A DNA stretch of 64,000 nucleotides from an uncultured Verrucomicrobiae bacterium (lineage in GTDB: Bacteria; Verrucomicrobiota; Verrucomicrobiia; Limisphaerales; Palsa-1400), in contig CAVXRD010000001.1 of the NCBI GenBank assembly GCA_963764165.1, positions 64,001-128,000 on the forward strand, written 5' to 3'. The number at the start of each line of letters is the position of its first letter. Within the stretch, counting starts at the first letter, position 1. Shown one piece after another: positions 57,127 through 64,000 of the stretch. The notes under the pieces are model-generated. The model was not told where the DNA came from. It did not search any database and saw only the letters and a list, made by a program, of their open reading frames with translations. The position numbers were made by a program, and so were the translations under genes.

Positions 57127-57147
57127 CATCCCTCTTTGGAGGGATGC
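57127..57147. promoter_or_regulatory. Palindromic operator, copy 2
   Basis: catccctc-tttg-gagggatg-c between the divergent GH3 and GH30 genes; 20/21 identical to copy 1. Confidence 0.72.
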
Positions 57148-57178
57148 CCAGCAACGGCGATTCCCCTGATTATTTGGG

Positions 57179-58615
57179 ATGCGTTTTTCCCAGCCCGCTC
57201 GCACGATTTGCGGCATAGGCCATCGCCGCCGCGCTGCGAATATCCTCGCACTCTTCGCTGTTCTTGCGTCCGCGAGTTGTTTCGCGCAGGTGCGCCTATG
57301 GCTCACAGACATCGATCACGGCGCGTATTTCCAGCAGCAATCCGCCCTGCTTTCCTTTGGCGGCTCTGTCAATAACAATCCCACCATCACCGTCGATGAA
57401 TCGGAAGCCTTTCAAACCATCGACGGCTTTGGCTGCTGCCTTACCGGCGGCAGCGCTTTGCATTTGATGAAGATGGAACCGGCGCTTCGGGCGGCGTTGT
57501 TGAATGAATTGTTCGCCGACGATGGCACAAACATTGGCATCAGCTATCTTCGACTCAGCATCGGCTCGTCGGATTTGGACGCCAAACCATTTTCGTATGA
57601 CGATCTGCCTGCGGGTGAAACCGATCCCAGCCTCTCAAAATTCAGCGTCGCGCCCGACCAAACCGCCGTAATCCCTGTCTTGAAGAAAATTCTGGCGATA
57701 GCGCCAAATCTCAAGATCCTCGGCTCGCCTTGGTCCGCGCCCGCATGGATGAAGGACAACGGCGACACGCGCGGAGGCAGTCTAAAACCGGAATGCTTCG
57801 GCGCCTACGCCAAATATTTTGTCAAATACATCGAGGCGATGAAGGCGGAAGGCATTGTGATTGGCGCGATCACGGTCCAAAACGAGCCGCTCAATGCCGG
57901 AAATAACCCGAGCATGTCTATGTCTGCGCAGCAACAGGCCGATTTCATCAAGGGTCATCTCGGCCCGGCCTTTCGCGCGGCGGGATTAAAAACGAAAATT
58001 ATACTCTACGACCACAATTGCGATCACCCGGAGTATCCGATCTCGATCTTGAACGACCCCGGGGCAAAGGAGTTCGTCGACGGCTCGGCTTTTCATTTGT
58101 ATGCCGGCAAAATCAGCGCGCTCTCCAAAGTGCATCAGGCGCATCCCGGCAAAGCGCTCTATTTCACGGAACAATGGATGGGCGCCCACTCCGATCCCAA
58201 GCGAAGCCTCGACGATCACGTCCGGGATTTGACTATTGGCGCGACTCGAAATTGGAGCCGAAACGCGCTGGAGTGGAATCTGGCCGCCAACTCAAAATAC
58301 GAACCGCACACCGACCGCGGCGGCTGCGACCGGTGCCAGGGCGCGGTGACGATTGACGAAAACACCGTGCAGCGGAACGCCGCCTATTACGTGATGGCCC
58401 ACGCCGCGAAATTTGTCCGCCCCGGCTCGGCGCGCATCGCGTCCAACTATTTGACTGCCCTGCCGAATGTCGCTTTCAAGAGTCCTGACGGGCACAAAGT
58501 GCTGATTGTTCTCAACGACACTCCGGCAGCCGAGGCATTCAACATTCGGTGCGGCGGACGTGTGGCGCAAACATCGCTTAACAGCGGTGCTGTGGGAACG
58601 TTCGTCTGGCCTTGA
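57179..58615 (+). CDS. GH30 glycoside hydrolase (probable beta-1,6-glucanase type)
   Basis: QTIDGFG, IGSSD, SPWSAPAWMK, QNEP, FHLY, YFTEQW, EWNLA. Confidence 0.92.
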   Translation: MRFSQPARTICGIGHRRRAANILALFAVLASASCFAQVRLWLTDIDHGAYFQQQSALLSFGGSVNNNPTITVDESEAFQTIDGFGCCLTGGSALHLMKMEPALRAALLNELFADDGTNIGISYLRLSIGSSDLDAKPFSYDDLPAGETDPSLSKFSVAPDQTAVIPVLKKILAIAPNLKILGSPWSAPAWMKDNGDTRGGSLKPECFGAYAKYFVKYIEAMKAEGIVIGAITVQNEPLNAGNNPSMSMSAQQQADFIKGHLGPAFRAAGLKTKIILYDHNCDHPEYPISILNDPGAKEFVDGSAFHLYAGKISALSKVHQAHPGKALYFTEQWMGAHSDPKRSLDDHVRDLTIGATRNWSRNALEWNLAANSKYEPHTDRGGCDRCQGAVTIDENTVQRNAAYYVMAHAAKFVRPGSARIASNYLTALPNVAFKSPDGHKVLIVLNDTPAAEAFNIRCGGRVAQTSLNSGAVGTFVWP

Positions 58616-58670
58616 CTCGTTCCCCCATAAAAACAGGACGAATAAGTCGAATACGACTTATAGGACAGCC

Positions 58671-60824
58671 TCACCGGGCGATAGCCGCCAACATCTCCCT
58701 GGCCACTGAGTTGTTCGGATCAAGACGCATTACTTCCTCGAATTGCTGGCGGGCTTCGTCGCGCGCTCCTTGCAGCGCCAGCGCTTTCCCCAATTCCATA
58801 TGGGCGTCTGCCAATTCCGGCCGCATTCGGATCGCCTCGCGAAACTGCCCGACGGCGTCGGCTGGCTGATTCATTTTTCCAAACAGCTTGCCCTTGCACA
58901 AAATGAAAGCCGCCTCGGAAGGCTCCAATTTCGCCGCGCGATCGCACTCTCCGAGCGCCTCCTTGAATTTGCCCTTGCTCGCGTCAATGTTGCTCAATTC
59001 AAACCACGCCACCGCGCTTCGCGGACGAAGTTTCAAGCACTGGCGAAAAGCGGCCGCCGCTTCGTCCAAGCGTCCCGCCTTTTCCAGCATTCGGCCCTCT
59101 TGCGAAAAACAAAGATAATAGCCGGGCAAAATGGATTCCGTCTCATGCCAGACGGATGCGGCGTCAGCCCATTTTCGCGTGGCTTCGAGGAAATCGGCGT
59201 AGTTGAATCGCAAGAGGTGGTCGTCCGGTTTTCGTTGGATGTCTTGCAAATAGATCGTCCGCGCGCGTTCCGCCGCCGCCGCACTCAGCCGCGCACGCAC
59301 AATGCCGCTGGCATTGGTCAAGGCCGACAGCTCCTCCGCATTGTTGACCTGGCTGTCAAGTGGAGGGCGGTGGCGCCGGCGAAAAATCTCGCCCAGAGTC
59401 ATCATCCGGTTCCAATCCGTCAAGGCCAGCGCCGCCTCGCAATCGACCTGCGAAGCCCAAGCCCCGTTGGAGTTCCAATGCTCTGCTGACGCAACTGCGG
59501 CAGCCCAAAGACGGCCCAGGCGATAGTTGCCATCAAAATTGAAATGCACATGCTCGAAAAACGTTTCATCGCCGCAGACCCCCGCCGGAGTGTTGCTGGC
59601 CAGGATCGCCGCCGCATCGACAAAAACGAAATTGCTGCGTGAATTCAGCCGGGCCGTCTGCCGAATCAAATCGTTCAGAATAGAATCGGTGCGAAACGGC
59701 AGCTCATCGAAATCGCAGGCGAGTTGAAAGTGCTGCCTGGCGGCGCCGCCATTGGTCAGGCGCAACAAGCACTGCGCCAAACTATAGTGCAAATCCGCCG
59801 CTGCCGGCTGGATCTTCAGCGCCTCCGAGAGCTTGGAGGCAGCCTCTCGAAAATCCCCCATGCGCCGCGCTTCCTCCGCATCCGTCACGAGCGACTCGCA
59901 TCGCGCGCGGGAGCCTGCCTCCAAAGCGCTTCGAGGAGTGGAGGCGAACGGTGGGCAATCCTTCAAATTGACAGCAACAGTGTTCAATAAAATAGTCGCT
60001 CCAGAATTTAATCCCGCATCAACAAGGTCTTGCAGGTTCCTTTGAAAATTTCGGTAGACGGCCTCCTTTCGCGGGTCGTCCGGCGGCAATTGGCGGCCGA
60101 GAAACATCTCCATCCCCGCCCACGCGTGGGGATCCGCTGACTTCGACTGGATGCCGCGCATCGCGCTCATCAGCAATTGGCCAACACGCGCCGTTTGCAG
60201 CGCAAGCCCCATGCGCACCGACCAAATCGGCGGCGCTTGCGAACCAAAAACCGTCGCCGCGCCAAACGGCCCCACCATTTCGTTGTTGCCCATGTAGATG
60301 ATCCACACATCCCCCTCGTGCTTGGCGCATTCGCGGGCGATGGGCAAAATCACATGGGAATTGATGGCGGTAACGGAAACATTGACTACCTCGAACTTTT
60401 GTTCTGGAAATTTCTTCTCCAGCAGCGTCTGCAAATATCTTCCCGCGCCGTAAGGCGGGCTTGGGTCGCCCAATGCCGCGGACTCGCCCAGAATGAAAAT
60501 GCGGCGAGTGCCCGGCTCCTTCCGCGCCGCCATCCGCAACGCGCCCGGCAGCCGCGCCAAATCCGGCGGGAAAAAGCGAAGGACAAAATCATCATTATTG
60601 ACAAGATAATCGCGGCCGTCGATGCGCGCCTTTTTGAAGAACGCCGTGTCAAAACCGTAGCCTGCCAAGCGCAGCACGGCCTCAGCCAAAGCGAACACGA
60701 ACGAAGGAACAAGCACCAGTGCCAGCGCCGCAAAAATCCACCGCCTCCCCTTTGGCAAGGGCTTGCCAGGGCGGCCTGGATCAGGTCTTTCAGCCGATCG
60801 AGAAACAGGACGCTGCCTCTTCAT
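58671..60824 (-). CDS. Membrane-anchored SGNH-like + TPR protein
   Basis: N-terminal TM; IFILGESAALG, YMGNNE, EHVHFN; internal and C-terminal TPRs. Confidence 0.8.
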   Translation of the reverse strand: MKRQRPVSRSAERPDPGRPGKPLPKGRRWIFAALALVLVPSFVFALAEAVLRLAGYGFDTAFFKKARIDGRDYLVNNDDFVLRFFPPDLARLPGALRMAARKEPGTRRIFILGESAALGDPSPPYGAGRYLQTLLEKKFPEQKFEVVNVSVTAINSHVILPIARECAKHEGDVWIIYMGNNEMVGPFGAATVFGSQAPPIWSVRMGLALQTARVGQLLMSAMRGIQSKSADPHAWAGMEMFLGRQLPPDDPRKEAVYRNFQRNLQDLVDAGLNSGATILLNTVAVNLKDCPPFASTPRSALEAGSRARCESLVTDAEEARRMGDFREAASKLSEALKIQPAAADLHYSLAQCLLRLTNGGAARQHFQLACDFDELPFRTDSILNDLIRQTARLNSRSNFVFVDAAAILASNTPAGVCGDETFFEHVHFNFDGNYRLGRLWAAAVASAEHWNSNGAWASQVDCEAALALTDWNRMMTLGEIFRRRHRPPLDSQVNNAEELSALTNASGIVRARLSAAAAERARTIYLQDIQRKPDDHLLRFNYADFLEATRKWADAASVWHETESILPGYYLCFSQEGRMLEKAGRLDEAAAAFRQCLKLRPRSAVAWFELSNIDASKGKFKEALGECDRAAKLEPSEAAFILCKGKLFGKMNQPADAVGQFREAIRMRPELADAHMELGKALALQGARDEARQQFEEVMRLDPNNSVAREMLAAIAR

Positions 60825-60879
60825 GCGCGGATTCCACGGGTGTTCATCAGCGTATTTTAGCGTGAGGGCGTGAAATTGG

Positions 60880-61530
60880 CTATCCCGTTATTGACACGCA
60901 GGCATTGCGGCCGCGCGGAATTCGTTCGAGATGGTAAATGATAAATCCGTGCAGGAACAAGCGAAGCTCCCGCGCCTGCTCTTCGCTGAGGCGCAGTTGA
61001 AAAATCCCGGGCCAGTCCATTTCAAAGAGTCTTTCGACAATCGCTTTCGCACCCGGCGTTAAAGTGCTGGCCGACAAATTGGGTTTAAGGCCGAGTTCGT
61101 GAAGCCATTTTAATTCGAACGCAAAAATCGTCTGCGGTTTGGCCGGATGCTCGGGCAATATTTTCAGCATGCCCGAAAAGCTGTCGAAAACCGAGGGCAT
61201 CGCTGCGTCAGGTTCAGCGGTCTGCTCAATGAGAGCCGCGCAATACGACGCCTGCTGCACGTAAATCAAATCGCGCCGCAGTCCCGGATGGCTGTTCACT
61301 AAATGCGCCTCCCGCAGGGTGTGAAGTTCCGAACGGCGCGAGCGCGCAAAGCTGATGTCTGACAAGTAGAATAGATCCAGTTGCCCGCGAAATGGCGATT
61401 TCGTGCGGCGCGCGCCTCTGGCGACGGTCGCAACGCGCCCGAAATCCTTCGTGAGCCAGCTCACGATAAGACTCGAGTCCGTCAACGGACGGACGCGCAG
61501 GACCAGGCCGGTCGTGCGCGAAAGGTTCAT
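60880..61530 (-). CDS. recO: DNA repair protein RecO
   Basis: GLVLRVRPLTDSSLIVSWLTKDFGRVATVARGARR; context with ybeY and phoH. Confidence 0.92.
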   Translation of the reverse strand: MNLSRTTGLVLRVRPLTDSSLIVSWLTKDFGRVATVARGARRTKSPFRGQLDLFYLSDISFARSRRSELHTLREAHLVNSHPGLRRDLIYVQQASYCAALIEQTAEPDAAMPSVFDSFSGMLKILPEHPAKPQTIFAFELKWLHELGLKPNLSASTLTPGAKAIVERLFEMDWPGIFQLRLSEEQARELRLFLHGFIIYHLERIPRGRNACVSITG

Positions 61531-62204
61531 GGCGCCTGAATCTGCGCCGCGGTCAAGCGATGGCTGTGGTCCGGAGAAATGGCGCCGAGGCTGATAATGA
61601 ACTTGATCCCATCCGCCACGGACATATCCAAAACCGTGACCTCACTCTGCGGCACCATCACCAGAAAACCGGAGGTGGGATTCGGCGTCGTTGGAATGAA
61701 AACGCTGACCAGTTTCTGCCCATCCGCGCCAACTTGCTCTCCCGTGACAAACCCGACGGATTTGGATTTCCCGTGCGGAAATGTCACCAGCACCACTTGC
61801 TTAAAGGACGACTTGTTGCTGCTGAACGATTCGTTGACCTGCTTGATCGTGCCGTAAATCTTGTTCATCAACGGCACGCGCATCATCACCCTATCCAGCA
61901 TTTCGAGCATTTTCCGCCCGAGGTAATTTCGCGCGTAGCGGCCAATCAAGCACACCAGAAACACCGCCCACAGCAGCGCAATCCAGCTCCAATACCATTG
62001 CTTGTCGCCAAAACCGCCGTCGCGGGTTCGCGGATAAATCCACGTCTTCGGGAGGAAGAAGAGCATCTTGTCGGTGACGTTGGAGACGTTTTGAAAAATC
62101 CAAACCACCACCGCCACCGAGATCACGACGGGCATGACGATGGCCAGACCCGCGAAGAAATTGGCTCGCCAGCGCTTAAGAAAGTTGCTTTCAGCTATCG
62201 GCAC
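61527..62204 (-). CDS. DUF502 membrane protein
   Basis: FFAGL, RVPLMNKIY, FKQVVLV, VFIPTTPNPTSGFL. Confidence 0.92.
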   Translation of the reverse strand: MPIAESNFLKRWRANFFAGLAIVMPVVISVAVVVWIFQNVSNVTDKMLFFLPKTWIYPRTRDGGFGDKQWYWSWIALLWAVFLVCLIGRYARNYLGRKMLEMLDRVMMRVPLMNKIYGTIKQVNESFSSNKSSFKQVVLVTFPHGKSKSVGFVTGEQVGADGQKLVSVFIPTTPNPTSGFLVMVPQSEVTVLDMSVADGIKFIISLGAISPDHSHRLTAAQIQAP

Positions 62205-62662
62205 GACCGGGCCAGTTTGCTCAAATCAAACCGCCCTGACAATTCCTTTACGAGGCGGTTTTCCTCCCGCTTCATCACGCGCCTCAGACCGGGCTCCGTG
62301 TCATCGTAGCCTCGCAGATGCAGAACGCCATGCACGACGTAGCGGGCTAATTCATCCGTCCAAGGAACGCGAAACTGCCGCGCGTAGGCCATTGCGTCCG
62401 GAACCGAAATGTAAATCTCGCCTTGGATTTTGGACGCGGCTGCCGGCTCCTGGTAATCGAAGGTAATGACATCGGTCGAGCCTTGATGGCCCAGGAACGT
62501 TTCGTTGACAGCTGCCATTTCGCCGGCTTCCACAAAGTGGATCCCTAATTCGTATTCCGCGTAACCCGATAGATCCTCCAAAACGCATCGCGTAACGCAA
62601 CGCCACGCGACTCGATCTATAATGATCTTTTTTTGCCGGCTGAAAAACTGAACCAGCTTCAT
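62195..62662 (-). CDS. ybeY: rRNA maturation endoribonuclease YbeY
   Basis: TDVITF, GEIYIS, HGVLHLRGYD. Confidence 0.93.
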   Translation of the reverse strand: MKLVQFFSRQKKIIIDRVAWRCVTRCVLEDLSGYAEYELGIHFVEAGEMAAVNETFLGHQGSTDVITFDYQEPAAASKIQGEIYISVPDAMAYARQFRVPWTDELARYVVHGVLHLRGYDDTEPGLRRVMKREENRLVKELSGRFDLSKLARSCR

Positions 62663-63618
62663 TTCGGCGGATGGCGGTGATCTTCGTAAGCCGCAATGAT
62701 CCGCTGCACCAGGGGATGCCGCACGACGTCGCGCTTGGAAAATTCCACGATCGCAACCCCCTCCGTCTTGCGCAGCGCCACTGCCGCCTCAATCAATCCG
62801 GAATGCTTGTGGGCCGGCAAATCGATTTGCGTCGGGTCGCCGGTGATGACGGCCTTGGAGCCAAGCCCCAGGCGGGTGAGGAACATGAACATTTGCTCCT
62901 TGGTCGAGTTCTGCGACTCGTCAAGAATAATGAAAGCGTGGTTCAGCGTGCGCCCGCGCATGTAGGCCAGCGGCGCAATTTCCACCACGCCGCGCTCCAT
63001 GTGCTTCTGCAAATCCTCCGCCGGAAGCATGTCGTGCAAAGCGTCGTAAAGCGGGCGCAGGTACGGATTAATCTTCTCGTAGAGATCGCCCGGCAAAAAT
63101 CCCAGCGCCTCGCCCGCCTCCACCGCCGGACGCGTCAAAATAATTCGCGCCACCTGTTCCTCGCGCAAGGCCGAAAGCGCCATCGCCATCGCGAGATACG
63201 TTTTGCCCGTTCCCGCGGGGCCCAGGCCGAAGGTCACGTCATGCGTCCGAATCGCGTCGACGTATTTTTTCTGCCCAACAGTCTTGGGGCCGACCGGCCC
63301 TTTCTTGGACGATGTCGTGATTCGCTCGGAAGCTAGCGCGCGCAACGCGGTCACGCCTTCCGTTTTGACCACGTTGAGGGCGTGGGTAAATTCTCGTTGG
63401 CGCACTGATCCACCGCCCTTGATCGCATTCTCAAGCGATTGAAACAACTCTCGCGCCTTCTCCACACCCTCTTCCGGGCCGTCAAGCTTGATCCAATTTT
63501 CCCGCGAGACAGCCTTGACGCCCAAATGCTCTTCCAGCGTTTGCAGGTTGCGGGTGTCGTTGTTGAACAATTGCTGCGCGAGGCGCGCGTTCTCGAATTG
63601 AAGCGTTTCGGTGGACAT
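62659..63618 (-). CDS. phoH: PhoH-like ATPase
   Basis: GPAGTGKT, RPAVEAGE, LGFLPG, YMRGRT, DESQN, DVVRH. Confidence 0.95.
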   Translation of the reverse strand: MSTETLQFENARLAQQLFNNDTRNLQTLEEHLGVKAVSRENWIKLDGPEEGVEKARELFQSLENAIKGGGSVRQREFTHALNVVKTEGVTALRALASERITTSSKKGPVGPKTVGQKKYVDAIRTHDVTFGLGPAGTGKTYLAMAMALSALREEQVARIILTRPAVEAGEALGFLPGDLYEKINPYLRPLYDALHDMLPAEDLQKHMERGVVEIAPLAYMRGRTLNHAFIILDESQNSTKEQMFMFLTRLGLGSKAVITGDPTQIDLPAHKHSGLIEAAVALRKTEGVAIVEFSKRDVVRHPLVQRIIAAYEDHRHPPK

Positions 63619-63622
63619 TAAA

Positions 63623-64000
63623 TTAGAGTGCGAGCGCCGCGCGCATTCGGGCGGCGACGTCGGCCAGCGCTTCCGGCAGGACGGTGGTGTTGGCTATCAC
63701 TGGCATGAAGTTGACGTCGCCGTTCCAGCGCGGCACGACGTGGACATGCAGATGCTCGGCGATGCCAGCGCCCGCCGCCCGCCCGATGTTGATGCCGATG
63801 TTGAAGCCGTTCGGATTCATGACTTTCGTGAGAGCATTCTGGCACCGGCGCACCAATTTGAAAACATCAGAAAGCTCCTCGTCCGTTAAGCCATTGAAAT
63901 CCGCCACCTGCTTGTAGGGCACCACCATCAAGTGGCCGCCGATGTAAGGAAACGAATTGAGAACCGCATAACAGGTGCGGTCGCGCGCAATCACGTAATT
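63623..64000 (-). CDS. HIT-family hydrolase (5' end outside the window)
   Basis: GFNIGINIG, AGAG, HLHVHVVPRW. Confidence 0.92.
   Translation of the reverse strand, partial: NYVIARDRTCYAVLNSFPYIGGHLMVVPYKQVADFNGLTDEELSDVFKLVRRCQNALTKVMNPNGFNIGINIGRAAGAGIAEHLHVHVVPRWNGDVNFMPVIANTTVLPEALADVAARMRAALAL

Noticed and set aside
60833..60864. Possible further short-period repeat between the TPR gene and recO
   Set aside because: Too degenerate to define a unit.
1..64000. tRNA, rRNA, riboswitch, prophage or named defence systems
   Set aside because: No recognisable signatures by eye; a covariance-model and HMM scan would be needed to exclude them.

Overview
GC-rich bacterial DNA whose gene content (H-X9-DG prepilin, TIGR02999-type ECF sigma plus Ser/Thr kinase, OB-fold sensor kinase, large Calx-beta/PPC/LamG exported proteins) suggests Verrucomicrobiota, probably Pedosphaera-like. 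This taxonomic call is an inference. From left to right the window holds: an FxLYD membrane protein, a GxxExxY remnant, a TPR gene, an intact IS1182-family element sitting in the centre of a GTAG-type REP palindrome, a GH92-malectin gene, a repeat-containing exported protein, an oxidoreductase/DHS-like pair, an intergenic region with two miniature inverted-repeat elements, a 2508-aa metzincin/Calx-beta surface protein, an ECF sigma-kinase-membrane protein-PPC-repeat module, an FG-GAP protein, a nine-gene MoxR/vWA operon, a predicted beta-glucan utilisation locus (GH16, pilin-like protein, 1312-aa CBM protein, two-component system, GH3, GH30) interrupted by an HNH two-gene module, and housekeeping genes (recO, DUF502, ybeY, phoH, HIT). 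The strongest signals read directly from the DNA are four. (i) A 40-bp motif is shared upstream of the kinase and PPC genes and is a candidate ECF promoter. (ii) A 21-bp palindrome occurs in both divergent promoters of the beta-glucan locus. (iii) Four unrelated exported proteins share a C-terminal domain, and many exported proteins are rich in Thr-Asn. (iv) There are several families of REP/MITE-like elements. No rRNA, tRNA or CRISPR array was recognised. All family assignments are by motif recognition; no searches were run.
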